DNA of 64,000 nt from Candidatus Micrarchaeota archaeon (GTDB lineage Archaea; Micrarchaeota; Micrarchaeia; Micrarchaeales; CABMGC01), in assembly GCA_021812185.1 (NCBI GenBank), contig JAKAON010000001.1, positions 45,929 to 109,928 on the forward strand, read 5' to 3'. Below are positions 39,237 through 48,294 of the stretch, piece after piece (position 1 is the stretch's first letter; every line of letters begins with the position of its first letter). Position numbers and translations under genes: made by a program. Below the pieces are notes generated by a model. It worked only from the letters and a program-made list of their open reading frames with translations, was not told the DNA's origin and made no database searches.

Positions 39237-39815
39237 ATGGAAGAGCAGGAAATCCTCAAGAAATACAACCAATTATATCTCGAAATGCTGATGAGGTACA
39301 AAGATTATATAGAAAGTGAGGAGAGCGTCTATGTTGCGGAACTGCCAAAGCTAATCACCCCGGATGATGCAGCTGTAATCAATCTTGCAAACAAGATAAA
39401 GAGCTCCTTTTCACAGTATAGCTATGATAGGGATTTCTACGGCGCTGCTAGGATCGCATATGACAATATACGGGATAACATAGCTACTATAAGTCTCCCT
39501 TTGCAATTCTGGCTCAGTCCAAGTCAGACCCTCAAATGCGAAGCCGGAGATATTTTTGACAAAGCCACGCTCCTGTGCAGCTTGCTCATAGCACTTGGAA
39601 ATATGTCTACAAAAGTCATAATAGCTGCGAAGGAAGAAAGCCGCTCATTTGTTGTTTATTGCGAATACGCTGATAGTCTCATACTCTTCAATATCGATTC
39701 GGGCATAACCCAGGTGAAGAGCAAACAAGAACTTCTTGACGGTATGAATATAGGCAAGGATGAAGAGCTTACGGCATATGAATTCAATGACAAGATGTAC
39801 GACGATTTGTGCTAG
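39237..39815 (+). CDS. Transglutaminase-like fold protein (probably inactive)
   Basis: FWLSPSQTL..GDIFDKATLLCSLL resembles the transglutaminase-like GDCxDxAxLL motif. Confidence 0.6.
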   Translation: MEEQEILKKYNQLYLEMLMRYKDYIESEESVYVAELPKLITPDDAAVINLANKIKSSFSQYSYDRDFYGAARIAYDNIRDNIATISLPLQFWLSPSQTLKCEAGDIFDKATLLCSLLIALGNMSTKVIIAAKEESRSFVVYCEYADSLILFNIDSGITQVKSKQELLDGMNIGKDEELTAYEFNDKMYDDLC

Positions 39816-39952
39816 CTTAGGCCATTAGTAGAATATGTGTTATTCATCAGTGCGCTTCTTGCAAATGTTTTTTTGCATCATTTAGTTTTGATGTTGCACA
39901 AAAGAATTAAGAACATCCCAAATGTCAACATTTCTGTAGGCATCGCATTAGC

Positions 39953-40387
39953 ATGGGGAAAGAGAGAATTACGAATGCGGCAGAAATAGAGAGGGAGAGC
40001 TTGCATTTTAGGACAATAGAATTAGTTAACAAGGCATTTTCAAGAGCATTCAAGGGCGAGGAGTACCAGAGATTGGAGCTTGTGTCTTCCGCAGATAAGG
40101 AGAGATCCTGGGAAGGAGTAGTGCTTATGTATTTTGTTATAAGAAACAAGCACAGCAAGGAAAATTTCTTAGGAAGCGGAATAGATTTTGCTACGCCAGA
40201 GTTCTCAGATATGATAAAGGAACTCGCGCCTGACTACGGCTTTGCAGTATACAGGACGGGAACAGCACTTTTAGACAAGATGACCCGAGATAGGACTGTA
40301 CTTGTGGAGATAAGGCTCACCGAAAGCCAGAGCACTTACAGCGGGAGTTTGCTCAAAATAGACATTAGATCATGCAAGAGAGAATAG
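39953..40387 (+). CDS. Orphan hypothetical protein
   Basis: 144-aa ORF filling the gap; no recognisable motif. Confidence 0.55.
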   Translation: MGKERITNAAEIERESLHFRTIELVNKAFSRAFKGEEYQRLELVSSADKERSWEGVVLMYFVIRNKHSKENFLGSGIDFATPEFSDMIKELAPDYGFAVYRTGTALLDKMTRDRTVLVEIRLTESQSTYSGSLLKIDIRSCKRE

Positions 40388-40418
40388 GAGCAATGTTGAA
40401 ATAGCACAGATACCTAGA

Positions 40419-40538
40419 TTATCTCTTCCTTGCACTTGCCTTCCTTCTCTTCCTTATGACTTTCATTAGTCTCTTTGCCTTTTGCGCCCTTGCCTTCTTT
40501 CCAACCTTCCTGTGCTTCTTCTTTACGTTTTTCTGCAT
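40419..40538 (-). CDS. 39-aa Lys/Arg-rich protein
   Basis: Translated by hand: MQKNVKKKHRKVGKKARAQKAKRLMKVIRKRRKASARKR; GGTG SD upstream; lies just downstream of hsp20. Confidence 0.7.
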   Translation of the reverse strand: MQKNVKKKHRKVGKKARAQKAKRLMKVIRKRRKASARKR

Positions 40539-40559
40539 ATATTACACCAAAAATGATTT

Positions 40560-41078
40560 TCATCTTATTTTAATAGGATACTCGGATTCGCAAGTATTAA
40601 TACCTTTTCTAATTCGCACTTCTAAAATGCCATTGTTGAACTTGGCAGTAGACTTTGTCGGGTCGACGCCATTTGGAACAAGTATAGGGAATGTGTTGTC
40701 TGTTTTTCCAGTATCCCCTCGTATTTTGATTGTAAGCTTGCCTGCGCCTATAACAACATCAAGCGATTCCTTTGCGGCACACCTAAGATCGGCGATCACT
40801 ACGACTTCTTTTTTCTTTTCTATTATGTCAATTAGCGGCTCTATTTTAGTTTGTTCTGGTTTTCTAGTATCTATCTTCTCAAATCCATCAAATATTGGAG
40901 TCCCGTCTGGAGCAAATTTGAAATTTATCCCGTATATCAGTGAACCGTCTTCGTTTTGCTCTATCCCATCCATTATTTCGTGAACCAGGTTGTCGAACAC
41001 CTTTGCCATATTCTGCTCGTGGGATAATGGATTTGCACCGTCAGAATCATTCGGATTTAGATTGTTTTTCTTTGCCAC
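40560..41078 (-). CDS. Small heat shock protein Hsp20
   Basis: EPLIDIIE, VVVIADL, AKFNNGILEVRI alpha-crystallin motifs. Confidence 0.9.
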   Translation of the reverse strand: MAKKNNLNPNDSDGANPLSHEQNMAKVFDNLVHEIMDGIEQNEDGSLIYGINFKFAPDGTPIFDGFEKIDTRKPEQTKIEPLIDIIEKKKEVVVIADLRCAAKESLDVVIGAGKLTIKIRGDTGKTDNTFPILVPNGVDPTKSTAKFNNGILEVRIRKGINTCESEYPIKIR

Positions 41079-41102
41079 TTAATCTACCGACGGTGTTATT
41101 TA

Positions 41103-42164
41103 TCAGCTTATCCAATTATTTATACCTTTTTGGCCAGATTTACCTTTTATCTCCATTATTCTATCTGCAAATTTCTTGGCCCTCTCCGCAGAGAAATCAT
41201 GCTGGTCGCATAAAAACTTTAGCAAATGATCTTCATTTGGCTTTGCCGATGAGATTATGTCGTCGAACATGCCTTTAGTCATATGGATAACGTCTGCATT
41301 TTTGAAGACATTTTCGACTTCGTTCGGGTCGAAATCTATTTCCTTGCCATACTTGGTCTTTACGAAATCGAATACATCATTTACGCTCTTCTTGTCTTTG
41401 ACTATTTTGAGTGCGGTTTTTGGACCAACGCCATTTATTCCTTCATTGAAATCAGTGCCCATTAGCATTCCAAGCCATATGAGCTGGTCGTTGTTTATGT
41501 TTAGGCTTTTGAGCAGGTCCGATAGGGTTATTTTTTCCATATAAACATTGACATAGACGTTCTTTCCAGGAAGTTTCCTCTTTCCAGTTATGGTAAGGTT
41601 TCTTATCACTATGTCGGCCCCGAAAAGGAAAGAATCGTAGTCTTGACTGGATGATGCATACACTAATCCATCTCTTGCCAACTGGGCAGCCTGGGCTTCG
41701 CCCTCGCTTGGAGCTTGTATGAAAGGTATTCCCATTAGCCCAAGCAACATTTTTGAGTCATCCACTATGCTCTTTGTTATTCTTGTGCTCTGCATCGCAT
41801 ATGACCTTGCCTCTTCGATCATGCCCTCTTTCTTTGCATTCTCCCAGTCGCTAAGGGCCCGCTCCCTTATTTCCCTTCTTTTTTGTATAGTCCTTTGCTT
41901 TAATATCGGAGGCATCCCGTCAAAAACGAACACAGGATTAACATCACACTCAAGCAGACTCACAGTCCTATAAAATAGCCCTGAGAGGTGGCTCGTTACA
42001 TTTCCCTTTGAGTCTTTGAGGGGTGTGCCGTCAGGTTGCCTTATTATCGATAGGAATTGGTATATCGTATTGTATGCGTCTATCGCTATTGTTTTGCCTG
42101 AAAGATCGCTTAAGTCTATCTTATGCTTTACGTCTGCAACCAGTTTTCCAAGCTGGACTGACAA
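41103..42164 (-). CDS. fen: Flap endonuclease 1
   Basis: IAIDAYNTIYQFLSIIRQPDGTPL, SHLSGLFYR, APSEGEAQAA, SQDYD, GTDFN, C-terminal PIP-like QKGINNWI. Confidence 0.97.
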   Translation of the reverse strand: MSVQLGKLVADVKHKIDLSDLSGKTIAIDAYNTIYQFLSIIRQPDGTPLKDSKGNVTSHLSGLFYRTVSLLECDVNPVFVFDGMPPILKQRTIQKRREIRERALSDWENAKKEGMIEEARSYAMQSTRITKSIVDDSKMLLGLMGIPFIQAPSEGEAQAAQLARDGLVYASSSQDYDSFLFGADIVIRNLTITGKRKLPGKNVYVNVYMEKITLSDLLKSLNINNDQLIWLGMLMGTDFNEGINGVGPKTALKIVKDKKSVNDVFDFVKTKYGKEIDFDPNEVENVFKNADVIHMTKGMFDDIISSAKPNEDHLLKFLCDQHDFSAERAKKFADRIMEIKGKSGQKGINNWIS

Positions 42165-42641
42165 TCATTCACCTTCCTTGCCCTGTTTCTTTTCCTTCTT
42201 GTAAGCCGCATCCCACAGCGTGATCGGCTCGTCCTTTGATATTACTGCGCTTTTCTGCGATTTTTCTGCAGGTGCAGTAAGCTTTATGCCCAATTCCTTC
42301 TCTAGCTTCTCCGTAAGTTGCACTGTAGGCAATGTCCTGCCTTCCTCCACTCTTCTAAGCCCGCTTGCCCTCTCATTTATTTTCATGGCAAATTGATCAA
42401 TATTAAGTCCTGTGCTTTCTCTGGCCTTGCGTATTATGTCCCCGTAGTCTTCCACGACTTCTACCTCATCTTCCTTCTGCCTTCCCACATGGGACTTGGT
42501 GCTACTACCTCGGCCAGATTCGATTTTTGCAATTATCTTGTTACCCCTGGAACATTTCTCGCATACTATCATACGTGCTCCTTCGAGTAGCACGGAATAC
42601 ATGTCAGATGACTGTTTACCACACACGTCGCACGAATCCAT
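42165..42641 (-). CDS. Archaeal multiprotein bridging factor 1 (Zn ribbon plus HTH)
   Basis: CDVCG..VCEKC, VVEDYGDIIRKARE, KLEKELGIKL. Confidence 0.9.
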   Translation of the reverse strand: MDSCDVCGKQSSDMYSVLLEGARMIVCEKCSRGNKIIAKIESGRGSSTKSHVGRQKEDEVEVVEDYGDIIRKARESTGLNIDQFAMKINERASGLRRVEEGRTLPTVQLTEKLEKELGIKLTAPAEKSQKSAVISKDEPITLWDAAYKKEKKQGKEGE

Positions 42642-42833
42642 AAATTCAACCAGTATTAGATTGCGTATTAATATTATAAAACTACAGTATTGATATGGCA
42701 GGGATTTTTTCCCAGCAGAATTAATTAATACATTTATTTCTTGCACCTAAACCCATAATGCAATTCATGTTTTGAGGTGTATGATGAAGAAAGTATAATA
42801 ATTTTTATTGGTTAGGATTATAAGGGGGTTTAT

Positions 42834-44456
42834 ATGGCTGTTTTTGAAAACGAGTTCACATACAGGAAATTTTTGGATTCTGGAAGGGAGGAGGAGTTTG
42901 ACAGGCTATTTGATTTGGCTGTAGAGGATGCCAAACAAAATGTCATAGGGAAAAGATTCCCTATGTACATAGGCGGGCGCGAGGTTTACGCAAGTGAGCA
43001 GATAGTCGAGTACTCGCCGATAGACAAGAGAATCGTACTTGGAACTTTCCAAAAAGGCACAAAAGAGCATGCAAGGCAGGCAGTGGAAGAAGCATTGAAT
43101 GCTTTCGATTCTTGGTCTAGCACGGATTATAGGGAACGAGTAGAGATCATGCGAAATACTGCAAAATTGATGTCTGAGAGTAAGTTCCCCATAGCTGCAG
43201 TACTTAGCATGGAGAATGGAAAAACCAGGTATGAGTCAGTTGGAGAAGTTGATGAGGCAATAGATTTCCTGAATTATTATTCGTTTGATATGGAAAGGAA
43301 TAAGGGGTACGTAAGGAAAAGTACGTTGGCAGCAACGATGAATAAAGTTAGGGCAGGATTCCAGGGGGCTCCGGGAAGCGGGGAAAACGTAAAGATTGTG
43401 ATGAAGCCCTATGGCGTCTTTGGAGTGATTGCACCATTCAATTTCCCTGTATCGATATCTACTGGCATGAGCGCAGGTGCGCTTATAACTGGGAATACTG
43501 TTGTCTTCAAGCCTTCATCCAGCGAGAGCAAATCTATGCTTACGGGACTGAAGATTTATGAAATGTATAGGAAGGCAGGAGTGCCTGAAGGGGTTTTCAA
43601 CTATATAACGGGCTCCGGCGCAGAGATAGGCAGTGAGATATCAGACAGCGATAAAGTAAGCGGTGTCGTATTTACAGGATCGCGAATGGTAGGGATGGAT
43701 ATGATTGCAAGGACATACAATGAGAGAAAGCAAAAGATATTCGTCGTTGAGATGGGTGGCAAAAACCCAGCAATAGTTTCGAAATATGCAGATCTCGATA
43801 AGGCAGTAATGGGCATTGCAGGGGCAGCATATGGATTTGCCGGGCAAAAATGCAGCGCGTGTTCAAGAGTTTATGTGCATGAATCGGTAAAGGACGAATT
43901 CGTGAGGAAGCTTGTGGAGAAGATAAAGGAATTCAAGATAGGAGATCCGCTCAAAAAAGATGTTTATGTTGGGCCGCTAATAAACCACAGGGCACTTGAA
44001 GATTATAAGACATACACGGATTATGCGAAGCATAATGGAAGAGTACTTTACGGGGGCAACATTGTAGGCACGGGACTTGAAGGAGACTATGTTGAGCCAG
44101 AGCTTGTTGAGATAGACCACTCTGACAAACTGTTCCATCAAGAGCTGTTTCTGCCATTTCTTGTCTTGGCGTCTTATAGCGACTTTGATGATGCGATTAA
44201 GAAAGCAAACGATGTGGACTATGGACTTACCGCAGGACTTTATAGCGAAAAGCAATCGGAAATAAAGAAATTCCTCTATTCGATAGAGGCAGGGACTGTT
44301 TATGTGAACAGAGAGATAAGCGCAACTACAGGAGCGATAGTGGGGCTTCATACGTTTGTAGGATGGAAGGGGAGCGGACTGACAGGCAAAGGAACTGGAA
44401 GCAGGATGTATCTTCAGCAATTCATGCGAGAGCAAAGCCAGGCTGTTGTAAAATGA
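42834..44456 (+). CDS. Aldehyde dehydrogenase, 1-pyrroline-5-carboxylate dehydrogenase-like
   Basis: FENE at the N-terminus, APFNFP, FTGS, EMGGKNP, GFAGQKCSACSR, YGLTAG. Confidence 0.88.
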   Translation: MAVFENEFTYRKFLDSGREEEFDRLFDLAVEDAKQNVIGKRFPMYIGGREVYASEQIVEYSPIDKRIVLGTFQKGTKEHARQAVEEALNAFDSWSSTDYRERVEIMRNTAKLMSESKFPIAAVLSMENGKTRYESVGEVDEAIDFLNYYSFDMERNKGYVRKSTLAATMNKVRAGFQGAPGSGENVKIVMKPYGVFGVIAPFNFPVSISTGMSAGALITGNTVVFKPSSSESKSMLTGLKIYEMYRKAGVPEGVFNYITGSGAEIGSEISDSDKVSGVVFTGSRMVGMDMIARTYNERKQKIFVVEMGGKNPAIVSKYADLDKAVMGIAGAAYGFAGQKCSACSRVYVHESVKDEFVRKLVEKIKEFKIGDPLKKDVYVGPLINHRALEDYKTYTDYAKHNGRVLYGGNIVGTGLEGDYVEPELVEIDHSDKLFHQELFLPFLVLASYSDFDDAIKKANDVDYGLTAGLYSEKQSEIKKFLYSIEAGTVYVNREISATTGAIVGLHTFVGWKGSGLTGKGTGSRMYLQQFMREQSQAVVK

Positions 44457-44463
44457 AGGTAAT

Positions 44464-44871
44464 TTGTTGATATTGAAGTTCATAGCCTCAAGACTCAAAT
44501 ACGATACGCGATCCATTAAATTGCGAGGTAGAGAATTCAAGGCGTATATTGCGGATTCGCTGCTCAAGCAGATGATAGGCTTGATGTACAAAAAATCAAT
44601 TCGCAGTGATGAGTGCATGCTATTTGATTTTAATCATGATGCCGAGCACGGGATATGGATGAAGAACATGCTATTCCCCATAGATGTTGTGTGGCTTGAT
44701 TCTAAAATGCGCATAATCCATATCGAAAATAGGATACAGCCATGCACAAAAACTTTTGGATGCAAAACGTATAATGCAGGAAAAAATAGCCGATTAGTGA
44801 TAGAATTTCGGGCAGGGACTGCAGAAAAAATCAGGCTGAAAGCAGGCGATGCACTATCATACTGCAACTAG
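44464..44871 (+). CDS. DUF192 family protein
   Basis: IADS..GLMY..MLFDF..IWMKNMLFPIDVVWLD..VIEFRAG. Confidence 0.88.
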   Translation: MLILKFIASRLKYDTRSIKLRGREFKAYIADSLLKQMIGLMYKKSIRSDECMLFDFNHDAEHGIWMKNMLFPIDVVWLDSKMRIIHIENRIQPCTKTFGCKTYNAGKNSRLVIEFRAGTAEKIRLKAGDALSYCN

Positions 44872-46191
44872 CGCTGCGCCTTTCTTTTCGACTTGTCTAT
44901 TCGGCATCAAAGTGTATATGTAGAATGTGAGGAATATTAGGGAACCTGCCATTATGAATGTTGCGCCATATCCATAGTTATACGCAAGTTGTCCAGACAA
45001 ATACGCCCCTACCAAAGTGCCGAGGCTGGTTATGGTGCTATATAAGCCAAGCCCACTGCCTTTGTCTATCCCCTTTAGCTCTTTGAACACAAGTGAGTAT
45101 GACGCAGTATAGTAAAATGAGTATGCGACGCCAGAAGCAAGTGCATAGAATATAACGTTAGCGAAGAAAAAGCTGTTTCCAGTTAGGAATATAAACGATA
45201 TGGCCAATAGCAAATAGCATACCGCCCTAAATATCAGGCTCCTTTTTATGATGCGATGCGTCAAGTGGGATTCCACATACCTTCCAGAATAGAAGAAAGT
45301 TGATGTCTGCAATATGAGTGCGAAGAGCAAGACGAAGAATACGCTCGATTCCTTTAGCCCGTATTGGCTCAGTCCGGCAGGATATATAGTATATAGTATT
45401 GCGGAACCTGCGAAAAATATAAATCCAGAGATATACAGCAATGTGATGTAGTTTGTGTGCTCAAGGCGCTTGCTTACCCTCTTGAGCTTGAATATTCTTT
45501 CGAAGAACTTTGATGTAGGCTCCTGCACAGATATTATTGGGTGCATAAGCATCCTTGATATGAATGCAAAAGAATTTTTGATTATCGATAGCCTCGTGGC
45601 TTTGATTGGGGGCGACCAGACAAGCTTGTTTGACATAAGTATGGATATTATTGATGCTGTCACCAGCAGCAGTATTAGGTTGCTGAGGCTTGTCGAGGTT
45701 GTTGCAAACACTGCGACCACGAATCCCAATGTTATACCTACACTAGATATCGTCTGTAGTTTGGAGAATGTAGATGGCCAATGTTCCTTTTTGGTGCTCT
45801 CCATTACAAGCAGATTAAGAGGAGTCGCATTTGCAATGCTAAAGAAGTTGAGCGCCATATATGCGATGATTATTTCGAGCACGCTCTTTGAGAAGAACAG
45901 AGATGCTATGCATATTGTTATCCCAATGTATGACACCAATATCTGGCGCCTTCTGCTATTGTATATGTCGCTTATCTTGCCCCAGAAGTAGCTTGCAGGT
46001 ATCGTTATGGCTGTGCCCAACGTTATCGCATAACTTGCATCCAGTACATTTCCGTTTAGCGCGAGTATTTGGAGTATTATCAGTGCGGATATCGGACCTA
46101 TTGCGATGTTTGCCGGGAGTGTTATGTATGGCCAGTACTTGCTTAAACTCTTGTGACCTTCCAAATCAGTGTTTGCTCTTTCGTTCAACAC
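44857..46191 (-). CDS. MFS transporter
   Basis: About 12 TM helices; WGKISDIYNSRR motif A. Confidence 0.85.
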   Translation of the reverse strand: MLNERANTDLEGHKSLSKYWPYITLPANIAIGPISALIILQILALNGNVLDASYAITLGTAITIPASYFWGKISDIYNSRRRQILVSYIGITICIASLFFSKSVLEIIIAYMALNFFSIANATPLNLLVMESTKKEHWPSTFSKLQTISSVGITLGFVVAVFATTSTSLSNLILLLVTASIISILMSNKLVWSPPIKATRLSIIKNSFAFISRMLMHPIISVQEPTSKFFERIFKLKRVSKRLEHTNYITLLYISGFIFFAGSAILYTIYPAGLSQYGLKESSVFFVLLFALILQTSTFFYSGRYVESHLTHRIIKRSLIFRAVCYLLLAISFIFLTGNSFFFANVIFYALASGVAYSFYYTASYSLVFKELKGIDKGSGLGLYSTITSLGTLVGAYLSGQLAYNYGYGATFIMAGSLIFLTFYIYTLMPNRQVEKKGAALVAV

Positions 46192-46215
46192 ACACGCCCT
46201 TTTTTCAAGATAAAA

Positions 46216-46482
46216 TCATTGCGTAGAATATTTAACCATGTCCTTATGGACTTCTAAAAAATGAGTTATGTATGGGCAATCGAATCTGACCTTTAGCTCC
46301 TTTGATATTGCAAATTCGAAAGCGTAGTATGCAAGTTTCTCCGCTATGCCGCTGCCCCTATCCTCTTTTGGAACAAATGTGTAGAATATCGACATTACAC
46401 TTCCTTCGATCCTGTATTCTAGCTCTGCCACACCGTGAGAAGTTTTGCATAGCATCTTATTTCTCCTTTTTATTATCTCCAT
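46216..46482 (-). CDS. Small GNAT acetyltransferase (YjdJ-like)
   Basis: TFVPKEDRGSGIAEKL..CPYI. Confidence 0.82.
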   Translation of the reverse strand: MEIIKRRNKMLCKTSHGVAELEYRIEGSVMSIFYTFVPKEDRGSGIAEKLAYYAFEFAISKELKVRFDCPYITHFLEVHKDMVKYSTQ

Positions 46483-46562
46483 AGCACCAAAGACACTGCA
46501 AGCTATAAAGAAGTTTGTTGATAACAGATTATAAATGCTTATTTTGATACGTAGGGTTTTTT

Positions 46563-47444
46563 ATGAATGTTAATGGTGTGCGTAATAGAAATATGCACGG
46601 CAATGTTAGAAGAAGCCTTGCAATGGTCAGAAAAGGGTTGCTATCTCTTAAGACTGTCGACTTTTGCAACGCAGATCTGGCTAAGCCTTCCATGCACCTG
46701 CTTGACGGTTCTGGAAAATTACTCAGGCCTGCGCTTGTCCTTGAAAGTGCAGCCGCATTGGGCAAGAAACCGGAAGATTTTGTAGATCTGGCAGTTGCAA
46801 TAGAACTGTTACATACGTCCTCATTGCTTCACGACGATATAATAGATAGAGATATAGTCAGACGAGGGATTGAATCGGTTCATGTCAAATACGGAAAAGA
46901 GGCCGCAATACTTTCAGGCGATGCGCTGATAGCAAAAGCTGTGCAAAAATCTTGCAGATACGGCACTGAAATTGTGCACCTGATATCGCAAGCTGCCTTG
47001 AGGATGTGCGCTGGTGAAATGCTCGATTATAGATATCAAAAAACTAGGAAAGTGCCAAGCATTGATTCATATGTTGAGATAGCAAGTTTGAAAAGCGGAG
47101 CGCTTATATCCATATCTGCAAGCGCTGCGGCAAAATATTCTAAAGACAAGCTATACAAAAGCCTGAGCATCTTTGGAACCAATGTCGGAATAGGTTTTCA
47201 GATTAGAGACGATGTTATAGACGCACTTGGAGCAGATTTGAAGAACGGTACTGCAGATTCAAGAAAATTCAGGCCAAACATAGTTAATACATTGATCAAA
47301 CATTCGAACCTTAGAAAAAATGATGCCATTAGTGAAGCAATAGAGCTTAACAACAAGTATATTGACATGGCTAATAGCGAGATTTTTGGAAAAGCAGGAT
47401 TTGAGGATCTAATCAAGCATGCTGAAAAGATGAAGCTAAAATAA
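46563..47444 (+). CDS. Trans-polyprenyl diphosphate synthase (probably medium/long chain)
   Basis: GKLLRP, SSLLHDDIID..RRG (FARM with Ser at -5), FQIRDDVID. Confidence 0.9.
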   Translation: MNVNGVRNRNMHGNVRRSLAMVRKGLLSLKTVDFCNADLAKPSMHLLDGSGKLLRPALVLESAAALGKKPEDFVDLAVAIELLHTSSLLHDDIIDRDIVRRGIESVHVKYGKEAAILSGDALIAKAVQKSCRYGTEIVHLISQAALRMCAGEMLDYRYQKTRKVPSIDSYVEIASLKSGALISISASAAAKYSKDKLYKSLSIFGTNVGIGFQIRDDVIDALGADLKNGTADSRKFRPNIVNTLIKHSNLRKNDAISEAIELNNKYIDMANSEIFGKAGFEDLIKHAEKMKLK

Positions 47445-47445
47445 A

Positions 47446-48294
47446 TCATATGAATTTGGAGAGTATTACTGCAAGCAACATTATTGTCCATACATTTGAT
47501 TTTATCGATGTTGCTTGTACGTACGATTCCCTGTCGTCTTTGTAGTTTATGTTTTTTGTGTAGGATACCAGAACTATAGTAGATATTATTGCACCGACAA
47601 CTACTGCAACACTGCTAATGTATAATCCGAAAAGCATTAAGATTGCCCCAGCCGCGGCATTTGAATACAGCGAGTACTCCAATGATTTCCTTACACCATA
47701 TTTCACAGGATAAGTTTTGAGGTCGTGATTTGCATCGAACTTCTCATGCCTTATGGTGTATATTATGTCTGCCCCTCCGCCTATGAATATGGCAGCAAGA
47801 ACTATCAGGTACGCAGGAAGAGATGTTGGAAAAGACCCTGTAGTTCCTATATATCCTCCAAGGCACCCAAGGCCCTCGATAAGACCGATGCCAAAATGCC
47901 TGTGCGGCGTAAGGCCTTTCGAGACAGGATCAAGAACGAAAAGCGCGAGAACGACAAATGAGAGTGCAAATGACAGGGTGTTGAGCATGTATGCGCTGCC
48001 TATGAATATTACTGCAAATGCTGCTGCCATAAGCAGGATGCTGGGCCTTGAAATATTGAGGCTAAGCATATACGCCTTTTTCTTATTACTCACGTCGAAT
48101 TTCCTCCCCACATATCTGTTTATCATGAGCGCTGCGGGTCTTGCAGAGAGAAATGCAAGTGTTATGAAGAAGAATTTGTATAGAGTAATGCCAGGCGCAA
48201 GTAGCATTCCGATATACACTATGGATATATCGGATATTGTGTGCTCGAAGGCAAGCAGCTCCTGAAATATCCTCAGTGGTTTAGGGATTTCCAT
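47446..48294 (-). CDS. UbiA/MqnP-like aromatic prenyltransferase
   Basis: FEHT N-terminal motif, NRY..FD, GADIIY, TYPVKYG; polytopic. Confidence 0.8.
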   Translation of the reverse strand: MEIPKPLRIFQELLAFEHTISDISIVYIGMLLAPGITLYKFFFITLAFLSARPAALMINRYVGRKFDVSNKKKAYMLSLNISRPSILLMAAAFAVIFIGSAYMLNTLSFALSFVVLALFVLDPVSKGLTPHRHFGIGLIEGLGCLGGYIGTTGSFPTSLPAYLIVLAAIFIGGGADIIYTIRHEKFDANHDLKTYPVKYGVRKSLEYSLYSNAAAGAILMLFGLYISSVAVVVGAIISTIVLVSYTKNINYKDDRESYVQATSIKSNVWTIMLLAVILSKFI

